Source: Lama guanicoe
Taxonomy: Eukaryota
Assembly: GCA_013239625.1 (NCBI GenBank)
Contig: MU053472.1
Span: 2,302,884 to 2,340,693, forward strand
DNA length: 37,810 bases
Reading direction: 5' to 3'
Of this stretch, positions 13,060 to 27,805 are shown piece after piece; within the stretch, counting starts at the first letter, position 1, and each line of letters opens with the position of its first letter. A program made the position numbers and the translations under genes. The notes under the pieces are model-generated. The model was not told the DNA's origin and made no database searches. It saw only the letters and a program-made list of their open reading frames with translations.

Positions 13060-13930
13060 GTATACCGTTAGGGTCTGATGGACCCATTTTTTTCAATATT
13101 TCTAACCACTTGTGAAGATATTTCATGACTTTTTTTCCAAAAAAGGAGAAAATTTAACTTTAACAAAACCAAATAAAACATACTGTATCTTGCAATTACC
13201 ACATGGACTAACTGCACTCTTCTATAATTCTAAGAAATATCGGATCTTACTGACATTACTTTTTCTACGTTGTGAAACATTCAACTATTGCAATACCCTA
13301 CAAATAATTTCAAAATTATCTATTATTGCTCATCAAATGATTCCTAATAATGCTAAGAAAAGCTACAATAATAAGAAAACAGGAGAATGATGGAATAATA
13401 AACCACCATTTTTTTCTTATAGTATTGTTCAAAGTATTGTATTATCTTTCTAGAAAGTAGAAAAGAAAACTGAAGACACCATATTTGTAATCTGTTTTTA
13501 GCTTTCACTGAAGTGTTGAGAACTGAAAATTTTTCATTTTATGCTCATAATCGCAAAGAAAAGGAAATTAACAAATGAGGGTGTGTCATAATTATTAGAT
13601 GAATAAGAATACAAAAGAAAAGAAACAGAGCAACACTCCAATTCTAGTAACAATGGTGAAATTGGGTGGTGTAGGTTCTCAGATTTGAATGAATCTTTAG
13701 ATAATAATATCCTAGACAAAAGTTCCCAAATTCGAGAATTGATGTAATTAATATATATCTAAGGACAAGCAAAAAACATGATATTCTCATTCAGTTCAGC
13801 AGGAAAGACTCCATCACACAATATTTTGTGACAACATTGACCATCTCTTCCCATCTCATTGTTGCTAAAGACATGTGACATCACTCTTTGATTTTTTTAT
13901 ATTAGTACACCAAAATTTACTTGATACAAA
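13060..13930 (+). mobile_element. piggyBac-family DNA transposon fossil (Looper-like)
   Basis: ggaaagactccatcacacaatattttgtgacaa...gctaaagacatgtgaca...caccaaaatttacttgataca resembles a decayed piggyBac transposase N-terminal segment (from memory). Confidence 0.5.
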
Positions 13931-14234
13931 GGGATTTTGTTATGTCTAAACTTTTTAAAGTTTCTAATAATGTTGTTTTTTTTACTATCTCTCTATTCTT
14001 ACTTTTATAAATTATTCCTAAAATGACTTAAAAATATACAAAAGGAAAATGACAAACGGTTATGACTATTTTTCCTGGTTTAGTGAGAGTTAAACAGGAG
14101 AGTAACCTGATCAGTATGGAGGAAAAATTGGTGAGAGAAAGAATGAAGGGAGAAAGGCCACTTAACAATAATTTAATTTAGAGATGAGGACCAAACTAAG
14201 GCTGACAGTAGATACAGTATAACATACAATACGT

Positions 14235-14880
14235 GAACGAGAAGACAAGCCACAGACTGAGAAAACATACACCTGGGCAAAGGACACATCTGATAAAGAA
14301 CTATTATCCAAAATATATCTTTAAAAACTTCTGGAATTGAACAGTAAGAAAACAAACCTGACTGAAAATGGAGCCAAACACTTGAATAGTCACCTCACCA
14401 AAGAAGATACACAGATGGCCAGTAAGCATACGAAATGATTCTCCACATCTTACGTCATCACAGGGAACTGCAAATCAAAACAAGGTGCCACTGCACACTT
14501 AATCCAAAACACTGACAACAACAAAGATGTGATGGGAATACAAAACAGTACAGACACTTTGAAAGATAATTTGGCAGCTTCCTATAAAACTAAACATAAA
14601 CTTACCATGTGATCCAGCAATTAAGCTCCTGGATATTTACGCAAATGAACTGAAAATCCACACAAAACCTACACATGGATGTTTACAGAAGCTTTATTCA
14701 TAATTACCAAAACCTTCAGTAGGTAAATGGATAAACAACCCATAGTACATCCAGACAATGGAACAGTATTCAGTGCTAAGAGGAAATGAGCCATCAAGCC
14801 ATGAAAAGACATGGAGGAAACTTAGATGCATATTACTAAGTGAAAGAAGCTGATCTGAGATGGCTACTGTACATAAAGTA
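14235..14880 (+). mobile_element. Old L1 (L1MC/MD-like) ORF2 end and 3' UTR
   Basis: agacaagccacagactg...aagccatgaaaagacatggaggaaactta motifs. Confidence 0.8.
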
Positions 14881-16752
14881 CAGTACGTAGGTATGAACAC
14901 GGATGGAAAGGAATGGATGGATCAAGAAGGCAGTAAATATTCAAGATATGCTATACATACACGAAGCACCAAATAGTCAAGATATACTAAATATATCTGA
15001 GGCAATAAAAAACATACTCATGAAATCTTGATGCAGCCATCATTGTTGACACCCATCCTGGTCCCATGTATCCTCTTCCCAAGAAAGGCAAATAAAAGCC
15101 CCAGTTGCTCCCCAGGCTAAGTGGTGGGCCACAGCTCTAGCCAAGTACACTTTCCCCTGCTTTTCTTTAATAAAGTGTGTATCATTAGCCTTGAGCACTT
15201 TCCATCTACTGGGCCACGTTGCTCAAACTCATTTCTAGTCTCTGTAACTGTACTGGAAGCAAGGAATGCTAATGTGGCAGAGAATGAAAGCTGTTTGAAC
15301 ACTGCACAACCTGGGATTTAGGTAATGTGGTCCTTCCATTCAGCTGTACCCTATCTTAAATGTGTTAACGTACCCTCAGCTCTTTCCCTTTGCTTCCAAG
15401 TGTGTGTTTTAAGTTTATTTAAATAAACTATGTGATTCAAGCATATTAATTTGCCTGTCAGCTTCTCTGTCCTATTACCTCTGGATAGTCTGCCTGATTA
15501 GTGTATTTGGAGGTTACCGTTGCATCAAGGTAATTTCCCACCTGACAACAACCGAATCATTTAAATTCAAAAGCTGCCAATCTGAAACTGTCAGCCAAAA
15601 AGTAAAACTCCATTGGTCTCTAATACAAAGCTTAACTATAGATGGACAGTAAAGACTGTAACCAAGATGAATGCCTGGAGCCTCCAAGTTTGTCCAGCCC
15701 ATATCAAGTTCAAATAAATTGCTTTAATATAGAAATGTGTAGTGAATTAATCATAAGTTGAATGTGACCAATTTGCCTGTTATTTCCCAAAAAGTGCTTT
15801 CTATATCTATGCTTTCATCCCTGGAAAATATAGTTTAGAATCAATGCTGGGGAGTGAGGGATGCACAACCAGTTAGACTGAATTCAGCTTCTAGATTTAT
15901 TACTTGATCCTTGACCAACTTGGTTACATGGCCATCCCTGACTATAGTCTAATCTTAACTTCCCTGATCTTATTCTTCCTAGATCTTTCACTTCAAAAAT
16001 TACAACCAATATATTTTTAAAAAGCTTTTTTTGTAGCCAGATGTAGCATAAATGTATGCATGTTATTTACAGACAAACGGTATAAATGATTATATACATG
16101 TATACAAAACAAACAAAACAAAAAATTGGTTATTAAAATAGTGACTTTCCAATTACTCTACTATTTTTCAAAATATTTAATCACTCACTCATTAAAGCAG
16201 CTTTTCAGCCTTCTCCTTCAGAGTAGCTCTTACATCTACCTTCCTAAGAATAACAGCTTAGCTCACAAACAAAGCTAAATGTGCAAAGCAAACATAACTG
16301 CTAAAATACATCAAAACATAGGTATTTGTGTACATGTGCATATTGCTACTCATCCAATCAACCATATTTCATATTTCAAACTCTAGAATGCTACTAGGAA
16401 GACAGTATTCAAGTAGAAAATTAAGAGTTCTAAGGCAAGTACTTTCACTAATTAAAAATATGATCTTGGCCAAGTAATTTGAACAGTCTACCCAGAATAT
16501 AGTACGTGCCCAACAAATATTTGTAAAATGAATACATTAATGAAGGAATAAACAAATGAATGAATATTGTTTAACAAAAAAAAAAGAGGAGAATTTCTTA
16601 AGAACTACACCTCATCTCTCAGAGATGTACATACAACCTTCCCACCACAATCCCACAGACATCAACACTGTGAAGATTCCTTTTACTTAACGCTGTGGGG
16701 AAACACGTTCCTGCGAAAGGCTAGGTTGATCACTTAAAATAAGGCAAATCCA

Positions 16753-16863
16753 ACTGTGACAATGAGTGTGTGTATGTCCATGAATGACTGAAAAATTGTG
16801 CTGAACACTGGAATTTGACACAATACTGTAAAATGACTATGAATCAATAAAAAATGTAAAAAA
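16753..16863 (+). mobile_element. Young L1 3' tail (111 bp)
   Basis: Same tail as 9041-9254; TSD aaaataaggca(a/g)atcca at 16736-16752 and 16864-16880. Confidence 0.9.
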
Positions 16864-17871
16864 AAAATAAGGCAGATCCATAATCTACAGAAATTTCAAG
16901 TTTCTACATAAGAAAAAGAAAAATGTTTTAAAGGGCAAATTTGGTTTCTCCTTTAAATTAACTGCAATATAGTTTTAAAATGAGAAACGTTAAACCAGTA
17001 GCATTGCAAATTTCTCAACACACAAGTTAAATATTAAACAATACTTCTAAAAATTATAACTAGAGACTGAACGGAAACATTTGCATTTTATTCTTTGACA
17101 TTCAGTGGAGAACGTAAAATGTTCCCTCAGGCAAAATGGTTTTTACTCATAAAGATGTAGAAGAAAATCAGAGCCTGCAATGTACAAATAAAAAGATCCA
17201 AGTTGCTACTTTGGCACCAGAGAGTCTCTTTTCAAAATGATTTAATGGAAACATTTCTATCCATAAAAAGAGTTTAAAAACTCTTCTACCCATAAAAATG
17301 ATCTCTCAGAGAGTTCTAAAGCAGTGGTGCCACTAGTTAAATGACAATAGACAGTCAAAATCAAATTTATCTTAGTGGAGGAATGGTATTCTTCATGAAA
17401 TTATTACGATATTTAGTAACTTTAGAAGGCTCTGAGAGAAATATGGGGGGGAGGCGGGAGTCTAGAACAACAGCTTTCTCACTTTTGTCCTTAAATAAAT
17501 GCTAAAATTTGTAACAAAACGAAATTCATTTCATTTCTTTCAGTGAAAGGGTATAAAGTTTAAGTAAACCATGAATTGTAATTATCTAGACATACAGGGA
17601 AAAACTTTACCACTGCAATGTGTGGTCTGAAAATTTAAATTTGTAGGTCCCAAATTTCCCCTTGAAATAAATTCTAATGTAAGCTCTCATGTCTTCTATA
17701 TTTCAGTGACAATCCCTCTAAAATGAAAAAAGATGACATGATGCATTTAACAACTCTAGTCACTGTGCTGTTTAACAGTTAAGAATAGCACTGACAAAAG
17801 ACTATTACTTTAAAGTAAATTTTATCTACATTTTGAAGCTCAGTTGAAGATACATTTTTAAAGATAAAATT

Positions 17872-18840
17872 AGGACTTCCACTTTCAGCTCCAATATGTA
17901 AAGAACTTGAAAGTCATCACGCCCATCTTACACCAAGAAAAAAGCTGAACAGAGAATCAATGGCTTGAACACATCAGAGAACTGAAGTCATAAGGCAAAC
18001 TGCTAGCTAAAATCTGGAGAGACAGTGAATAAAGAGAATCACAGTCCAGAACTACATATTGGGAGCAAAAGCCATCAAAACCATAAATTGGTAGGAACAC
18101 TTAAATGATAATTTTGACAAACTGCTGAAGGCACAGTATATACTAGTATAAAAGTGAGAAACTCGTAGGGGCCACCTTCCTAAGGATCCCCCATATTTTT
18201 ACAGATATTACCTCCAGGACCACCTCCCCACCCACACCCGAGGTTCTCACAGTAGAGTCAAGAAAAACCCTCCTGTTTCTGGCGAGGGGAAGGAAAAAAA
18301 ATAACCATTTTTAAATACACTCAAAGCATTCCCCATAACAAAGGGCAGTCTCCCAGTAAGGGAGAAGATTGGCAGAATAGATTTTTTTTTTTTTAGTGAT
18401 GCAACCAATATGCTATCTACAAAAGACACATTTTAAATTCAAAGGTACAAATAGACTGAAAGTAAAAGGAATGCCATTCATCCATAAAAAGTAATAAAGT
18501 ACTGATTCATCTTACGAGACAAATGAACCTTAAAAACATTATGCTAAGTGAAGAAGCCACACACAAAAGGCCACATATTGTATGATTCCATTTATAAGAA
18601 CTGCCCAGGAAAGGAAAATCCATAGCAACAGAAAGCAGGTTAGTGGCTACCAGGGGTTAAAGGAAGTAGGAATGGGAAGTGACTGGTAATGGATAAGAGG
18701 TTTCTTTTGGGTGTGAAGAAAATGTTTTGGAATTAGATAGTGGTGATGGTTGTACAACTTTACAAATACACTAAAAAAAACTTAATTCTGTACTTTAAAA
18801 GGATGTATTACATGGTACATGAATTGTATCCCAAACAAAA
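17872..18840 (+). mobile_element. Composite old L1 fragments (5' region, short endonuclease piece, L1MB-type 3' end)
   Basis: L1M 5'-region-like 17872-18380; atatgctatctacaaaagacaca EN motif; 3' UTR 18470-18835. Confidence 0.6.
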
Positions 18841-19565
18841 AGTTTGTTTATGAAGCAGAACAGAAGATCAATTTGAGATAGGGAAAAAAATGTTTTTAAT
18901 AAAGGAAAAATAATCAGGAGGCTTCTGAATTTTCAAAACTTCAAGATTTTGAAAAAAATGTACCAGGAATCAAAATGAGTAATTAGATAGTAGGAACGAT
19001 CTAAAAATTATGAATTAATAAAGAAAACTTTTCTCCTCTGTGACAGAATATTGATTCTTTAGAACAGCTGGCTCATTTAAACATTTCTTTCAATTGTGAG
19101 AAGTAACTGCTGTCCATATTATACACCAAATTTTCAAAATTTCTCATGCCTTTAATCTCATGTCTCATGATAAATAAATTTTTAGTATAGTAATCACCTT
19201 CTACACAGAAAAAAAAACCCTCCAAGAAGCCATATATTGTGGATTTTTTTAGACCCATACAGATATGACATGAAAATTCTATTTCAAAGTAACATTTAAG
19301 TATGTAATGTTCATTATAATAAAACTGATGCTTTAAAAATTTACTTAAATTTTTACATATTTAGAAAAAATATTTTTATTATGAAACCATATTACAATTG
19401 TCATTTTTTAAGTTATTATTGTTATAAGGTGAATATATACTAAAAATGTATTTATAGTAAAAATAATAAGCAGTGCTAGCAAAAATAACTTTTGAAAATG
19501 AACTGATACACGGTATCACAGAGCATCAGAAAGTAAAAATTACTTAGACATATAAGTTGCTTTTA

Positions 19566-20450
19566 GCACATGAAAAAATGCTCAATATCACTAATTATCA
19601 GAGAAATGCAAATCAAACCTACAAGGAGGTATCACCTCACACCAGTTAGAATGGCCGTCATTCAAAAATCCAAAAATGACAAATGCTGGAGAGGCTGTGG
19701 AGAAAGGGGAACCCTCCTACACTGCTGGTGGGAATGCAGTTTGGTGCAGCCACTATGGAAAACAGTGTGGAGATTCCTCAAAAGACTAGGAATAGACTTA
19801 CCATATGACCCAGGAATCCCACTCCTGGGCTTGTATCCAGAAGGAAATCTATTTCAGGATGACACCTGCACCCCAATGTTCATAGCAGCACTATTTACAA
19901 TAGCCAAAACATGGAAACAGCCTAAATGTCCATCAACAGGTGACTAGATAAAGATGTGGTATATTTATACAATGCAATACTACTCAGCCATAAAAACCGA
20001 CAACATAATGCCATTTACAGCAACATGGATGCTCCTGGAGAATGTCATTCTAAGTGAAGTAAGCCAGAAAGAGAAAGAAAAATACCATATGAGATCGCTT
20101 ATATGTGAAATCTAAAAAACAAAAACAAACAAACAAACAAAAACAAAGCATAAATACAGGACAGAAATAGACTCGCAGACAGAGAATACAGACTTGTGGT
20201 TACCAGAGGGGTGGAGGGTGGGAAGGGATAGACTGGGATTTCAAAATTGTAGAATAGATAAACAAGATTACACTGTATAGCACAGGGAAATATACACAAA
20301 ATGTTATGATAACTCACAGAGAAAAAAATGTGACAATGAGTGTGTATATGTCCATGAATGACCGAAAAATTGTGCTGAACACTGTAATTTGACACAACAT
20401 TGTAAAATGATTATAAATCAATAAAAAATGTTAAAAAGAAAAAAAAAGAA
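19566..20450 (+). mobile_element. Young 5'-truncated L1 (885 bp) with open ORF2 C-terminal segment
   Basis: 125-aa ORF2-like frame; poly(A); perfect TSD ATATAAGTTGCTTTTA (19550-19565, 20451-20466). Confidence 0.92.
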
Positions 20451-20644
20451 ATATAAGTTGCTTTTAAACAAGGTTAAGATAAAAACCATTAGTGTACATG
20501 TCGCTAATCTGACTACATAAAGATGCAGAAAGGCCTGGGACCTGGTATCTTCTCAAAGACATAGTATGCAACAAAGAGAAATGGGCTAATACCAATGAAC
20601 TTTAGTTGATTCATCATCATAGGTACTGATCTTTCTATGGAAGC

Positions 20645-21026
20645 TGTTACAGAATAGATAAATGAAATAGAGAATAGAAAACAATTGAGAAAATCAACAA
20701 AACCAAAAGTTGGTTCTTTGAAAAGATCAAAATGACAAACTTTTAGCTAGACTGACCAATGGGAAAAAAAGGCAGGGGGGTGGGGATGCAGACTCAAATT
20801 ACTAAAGCCTCAAAAGAAAGTGAGACATTGCTACATATTTTACAGAAATAAGAGAAGGATTATAAAAGAAGATTATGAACAATTCTATGCCACCAAATTG
20901 GACAACCTAGATAAATTGGATTAATTCCTAGAAACACACAATCCACAAAAACTGATAAAAGAAGAAACAGAAAATATGAACAGACTTAAATCTAGTAAGA
21001 AAACTGAATCAAAAACCTTCCAACAG
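20645..21026 (+). mobile_element. Old L1 ORF2 fragment
   Basis: aaatcaacaaaaccaaaagttggttctttgaaaagatc motif. Confidence 0.8.
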
Positions 21027-21118
21027 AGGGGGAGGGTATAACTCAGTGGCAGAGTGCGTGTTTAGCATGCACAAAGTCTTGGTTCAATACCCAGTACCTC
21101 TGGTAAAAATAAATAAAT
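21027..21118 (+). mobile_element. tRNA-derived SINE (same family as 8635-8752)
   Basis: ggggagggtataactcagtggcagagtgcgtgtttagcatgcac...ggttcaatacccagtacctc plus (AAAT)n tail. Confidence 0.8.
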
Positions 21119-23335
21119 ATTCTTTACACTAATAATAATTAGCAGGAAAAGAAAGTAAAGAAACAATCTCTTTTAAAATTGCATCCAAGACAATAAAATA
21201 CTTAGGAATAAGTCTCACCAAGGAAGTGAAAGACGTATTATGTGGAGAACTACAAAACACTGATTAAGGAAATGAAAGATGACTTAAAGAAATGGAAAGA
21301 TAGCCCATGCTCTTGGATTGGAAGACTCAATATCGTTAAAATGGCCATACTGCCCAAGACAATGTACAGATTTAATGAGATTCCTGTGAAATTACCCAGG
21401 ACATTTCTCACAGATTAGAACAAACGATCCTAAAATTTATACGGAATCACAAAAGATCCAGAATATTGCCAAAGCAATATTGAAGAAAAAGAATGAAGCT
21501 GGAGAAATAACCCTCCCAGACTTCAGACAAACCTAGAGAGCTACAGTAACCAAAACGGCATGGTATTGTTCTAAAATCAGATATATTGATCAATGGAACA
21601 GAATAGAGAACCCAGAAATAAATCCACAGACCGATGGCCAATTAATCGTCAACAAAGGAGGCAATGGAGAAAAGACAGTCTCTTCAACAACTGGTATTGG
21701 GAAAACTGGAGAGCAGCATGTAAATCAATGGAGCTAGAACACTCCCTCACTCCCTACACAAAAATAAACTCAAAATGGCTTAAAAATTTAAAGACAAGAC
21801 ACAATAAATCTAGAAGAAAACATAGATAAAACATTATCTGACATATATCTCAAAAATGTTCTCCTAGGGCAGTCTACCCAGGCAATAGAAATAAGAGCAA
21901 AAATAAATAAATGGAACCTAATTAAACTTAGAAGCTTTTGCACAGCAAAGGAAACCATAAGCAAAACAAAACAACAACCTACGGAATGGAAAAAGTATTT
22001 GCAAATAATGTGACTGACAAAGGCTTAATTTCCTGAATATATAAACAGCTCGTATAACTTAATAACAAAAAAACAAACAACCCAATCCAAAAATATGCAG
22101 AGGATCTAAACAAGCAGTTCTCCAAAGAAGACATACAAATGGCCAACAGGCACATGAAAAAATGCTCAATATCGCTAATTATTAGAGAAATGCAAATCAA
22201 AACTACAATGGGGTATCACCTCACACCAGTCAGAATGGCCGTCATTCAAAAATCCACAAATGATAAATGCTGGAGAGGGTGTGGAGAAAAGGGAACCCTC
22301 CTACACTGCTGGTGGGAATGTAGTTTAGTACAGCCATTATGGAAAACAGTATGGAGATTCCACAAAAGACTAAAAATAGACTCACCATATGATCAAGCAA
22401 TCTCCCTCCTGGGCATATACCCAGAGGGAACCTTAATTCAAAAAGATACATACACCCCAAAGTTCACAACAGCACTATTTATAATAGCCAAGACATGGAA
22501 ATAACCTAAATGTCCACTGACAGATGACTGGACAAAGAAGCTATGGTATATTTATACAATGAAATAAATAACTGTCATAAAAAAGAATAAAATAATGTCA
22601 TTTGCAGCAACATGGATGGACCTAGAGATCATTATTCTAAGTGAAGTAAGCCAGAAAGAGAAAGAAAAATACCATACGATATCACTCATATGTGAAATCT
22701 TAAAAAAAAAGGACACTATGAACTCATGTACAAAACAGAAACAGACTCACAGACTTAGTAAACAATCTTATGGTTACTGGGGAAAAGGGGTGGGAAGTGA
22801 TAAAATTGGGAGTTTGAGATTTACAAATGTTAGCCACTAAATATAAAAACAGAATTTTAAAAAAAGTTTCTATGTATAGCACAGGAAACTATGTTCAATA
22901 TCTTGTAATAACCTTTAATGGAAAAACATTTACAATGAATATATGTGTGCATGACTGGGACACCAAAGATTGACACGTTGTAATTGACTATACTTCAATT
23001 TTTTAAAAAATCTGCAAATAAACTATACAAAAATGGTCAAAAAAAGAAAAGAAACAAATATGGTTACCAGGGGGGAAGAGGGTAGGAAGGGATAAATTGA
23101 GAGTTCCAGATTTGCAGATACTAATATATATATAATAAACAATAAGTTTATGCTGTATAGCACAGGGAACTATATTCAATATCTTGTAGAAACCTATGGT
23201 GAAAAAGAATATGAAAACGAATATATGTATGTTCATATATGACTGAAACATTATGCTGTACACCACAAATTGACACAACATTGTAAACGGATTATACTTC
23301 AATAAAAAAAATACATACAAAAAAAAAAAAAGAAT
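21119..23335 (+). mobile_element. ~1.9-kb L1 3' portion followed in tandem by a second L1 3' tail (~23020-23335)
   Basis: ORF2-like frames at 21593, 22139 and 22595; two successive 3' UTR ends (tatacttcaat at ~22990 and ~23295). Confidence 0.88.
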
Positions 23336-23914
23336 ATATTTTTAAAGTACTAAAACTGGCCAATGAAAATTAAATCATTTGAAAGTACAGGTACCAGAAG
23401 GTATGGTGCATTGTTGAACAACAGGCTGTTTTTGTTTCCAGTGTAACTTTTTCAATGACAATTACATTATTTAAATAACTTTACATTGGTTCTCCTCTAT
23501 ATACACCAAGAGAAAAACATACCCAGCTACTTCCTAGCATGTAAATAATTATTCTTACCATGTCTTTGAAGCCTAGCAAAAGTAAAATTGTTCATTTACT
23601 CAACTGGGCATTTCCTGGTTCACTTTTTGTGACTGTGATTGGAAAATATAAAAGGTTTTCTTAACGTGTTGAGATTTTGCTTTTCTTTAATTCCAAGCTT
23701 AATTATCAGTTTTCCTTTACATAACTTTTGGTGTAGATGTTCACACTCTGGAATAAATGTTTCTTTCTATTAATAATTTTTAACATGTTTATGTCTATTT
23801 TATTTTTAGATATGCTTGTTTAAAAAAGACTATCTGATTAAATTTGTCCTGAAAGAAGTTCCTTTAATTTATCTACAGGAGGACTGACTGACTGCATCTT
23901 TGGCTAACAAAAAA

Positions 23915-24266
23915 TGTGTCAGTCACATAATAAAACGCCAGAAACTGGGTAGCTTTTAAGTAACACAAATTTATCACTTACAGTTCTGGAGGCTGAAAAG
24001 TTCAAGATCAAGGCACCAGCATGGTCATGTTTGGTGAGAGCCCTCTTCCTGGTTCATAGCTGGCACCTTCTCACTGTGTCCTCACGTAGTGGAAAGGACA
24101 AGGAACCTCTCTGAAGCATCTTTTTATAAGACACTAATCCTATTCATGAGGATTCTGTCCTCATGACTTAAGCACCTCCCAAAGGTGCCACTTTCTCATG
24201 TCATCATCTTTGGTGGGATAGGATTTCAACATACGAAATTGAGGGGTACAAATTCAGACCATAGCA
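23915..24266 (-). mobile_element. MLT1A-like solo LTR
   Basis: cacttacagttctggaggctg...caagatcaaggcaccagca...aattcagaccatagca. Confidence 0.75.
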
Positions 24267-24896
24267 GTAGATATATAGATGGAAAGACAACAGAAGAGCC
24301 GAAAGTATCGATATTGCCATTCAAATATATTACTTATGCTACTGTCCTTACATATACAACAACTTCCTATTAAAAAAAAAAAAGAATCCCAGTTCTCTAC
24401 TCTGAATTTAAATTTTGTTACAGTATGAAATTATTGTCAGGAATTATGTATGTGGTTTTAATGCTTTGAATATTTAGGAGGACTAAAATACACTTTACAA
24501 CTCAATTTAACTCTAGAAAAAAAATTAAAAATCAGAGCTATTCTTAAAACAAGAAAAAAATTCTTTTTTTCCAACCAAATACATGAGGTAAAAAGATGGA
24601 CAACACAGAAAGTCTGTCTTTAGATTCAGATTACTGAGACATTCAAAAGTGTAATTTATCAAAGTGAAAAATAATGCTCCTTTTTCCTTTAACTATGAAA
24701 ATATCAAGCTAGCCCTAAGAATAAAAATCACATATACAAAAATAGTTCTCTTATATGACTAATACTGCTTGAAGACTTTTAGTCTTAAAGTGACAGAACA
24801 ATCAGGCAGTATCTTAATCAATAAGCAAGTAAAATAATATATGATGTTTAGAAAACTGTAATTCCCCTGTTGCTTCAGATCCTAGGAAGCATATCA

Positions 24897-25151
<255 letters not shown>

Positions 25152-26068
25152 CTAGGCAGGCAAATTAGCATTTAGTTGGGAAACTTAATTACACGTATGC
25201 CAAAAGAAGATCAAGCAATGAGTTTAGAGAAAATTTATTTTTAAGTTGTTGGGGTTTTTTCCTATTACCTTTAATTAATTATGTATAGATTTGATTTATA
25301 GACATTTTACTTCATTAATTATGTATAGATTTGATTTAAGACACTGAACTGTCTTACGATGAAAGAAAAACAGGTTTTACTTACCAACAGTTATCAATAG
25401 CTTTGCAAAATTAACATGTAACCAAATTTTGTTGGATGATGAAAAAACGTGAAAAAATAAAGTGAAAAAAATCAGCAATGAGTCAAAAATAATAGAGGTG
25501 AGGGGTGAAATGATCTGCTACAGGTAAATCCCTAAGACTCAGCTACGACAGGAACTAGTGTTTCACAAACTCACTGATGCTCAAAGATCTACAGCCACTG
25601 AAAATGAGACCCACCAGTTTCACAGTTTTATGCAATTCCTCTGCATTCACATAGATCTACCCTTAGTATAGTCAATTTGACTAACAGAAAGTACAAAATT
25701 TATTAGTATTCTGAAGATAGCACAAACTTCAGATTGTTGAGAAACGTATTAGTCCTATATTTTGAAATAATGTATGAGACTGAGGTACATTTTGCACCAT
25801 GACATCTAGTGAACACCAGTTTAATCAACTTTAAACCAAATGATCAACTAGTAAGTAGTAAGACAAACTGATATTATGTGTTTCTTGATATGTACTGATT
25901 TTAAATTGCTTGAGTATGATGATATTGTGGTTATGCAGAATTATATACTTGTTCAGAGGAGAAACATGCTAAATGAATTAAAGGCAAAGTGTCATATCAA
26001 CAAATTACTTTCTAATAGCTTATTCAAAATAATGTAATCATTAACATTTTACAATATTGCTCTTCTCT

Positions 26069-26070
<2 letters not shown>

Positions 26071-26099
<29 letters not shown>
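26071..26099 (+). repeat. (TA)n microsatellite
   Basis: About 14 perfect TA units seen directly. Confidence 0.95.
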
Positions 26100-26102
<3 letters not shown>

Positions 26103-26214
26103 AAATGTTAACAATTGATGAATCTAGGTGAAAAGTATAAAGATATTCACTGTATTAATACCATTTTCCCACTTTTCTCAAGTTACTATTTTCTTAAATA
26201 AAAAGTTCAGGGAA

Positions 26215-26645
26215 TCAACAAATGTGTGGAAAACAAAATGTGCTACACACACACGCGAGCACGCAAGCATACAGTGGAATATTATTCAGCCTTAAAAAGG
26301 AATGAAATTCTGATTCATGTTACAAAATGGAGGAACCTTGAATACACCATGCTAAATGAGATAAACTAATCACAAAATACCTTGTGATTCCACTTATCTG
26401 AGGCATTTAGAGTAGTCAAATTCATAAAGATAGAAAGCAGAAATGGTGGCTACCAGAGGCTGGGAGGGAAGAGGAATGGAGAATTACATAGTTATAGAAT
26501 TTCAGTTTCACCAGTTGAAAAAGTTCTAGAGATTGGTCATACAACAATTTGAATATACTTAATAAAGCAGAACTATATACTTAAAAATGATGGTAAAATT
26601 TTATGATATGTCTATTTTACCACAAATAAAATACATAAAATAAAA
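26215..26645 (+). mobile_element. Old L1 (L1MA/MB-like) 3' UTR
   Basis: ggaatattattcagccttaaaaaggaatgaaattctg...ttttaccacaaataaaa. Confidence 0.8.
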
Positions 26646-27586
26646 ATTTTAAATGTTGGGGAAAATATTAAAACAGAATCCAGCTGAACATTTATTATTA
26701 TTATTATTAATTTAGTGACATTACAGTTTAAATGAATTTTTGTGCACTGGACTGAGCACATAGTACCTATACAATATTCTTCTGAGAACATATATGCTGA
26801 ATTTATTAATAACTTCTCAGATTTATTTGAGCCTCTAAAGAAAACAACCTGAAAATGTGGAACACATATTTTTCCTTTTAAACAGGAGCACTCCGGCCTT
26901 TTGGAAGGCATAATTCTCATTTACAGGAGTTTAGCATTCAAGGTCCTCACGTACTAAATGCCAGTAGTTCCCACAAATACTCCTTGGTTGAAAACTATAG
27001 CTTTATAAAGAACTAGAACTGTATTAGCCACACAGGAAGTATTAAGCGTGTAGCCAACCACTTAAAAAAAAGAAACAGAAGGCAGATTGATAAATGACAA
27101 TTCAAATGTTCCTAGGAAAACTGAAGTAACATTTATATGGCATTGTTATAAAAAATTAAAGTCTTAAGTCATAGAGTCATAAGAATACTTCTAATTCATT
27201 TCAGATATTCAAACATGTGCTGAATACTTGTTAACTAATAACAGGTATTAGTTTAGGTGCAGTGGAAGGATAAGGGTATAAAGAATAAGAAAATACCATA
27301 GTCTAACAGAAAAGAGAAACATAAACAAATAATTATACAATTAGGAATTATGGTTAAAAAAAGTTGAATTTTTGTTTTCTTTTTCATTTTTATTAAAAAA
27401 TTTAAAACTGATTTAAATGAGGAAAGTGCAATACAGTCTTTACATCCAAAGTGCACATTTTTACTCATTGGGTTGAAGCAATGTTATTTATTGGTATTTC
27501 CTTTTGTTAACACTATCAAATAGCTGACAAATTTTCTTTTATTCTAAAACTGAAATGTTGCATTTCCTATCAGGATCCGTTTGCTA

Positions 27587-27805
<219 letters not shown>

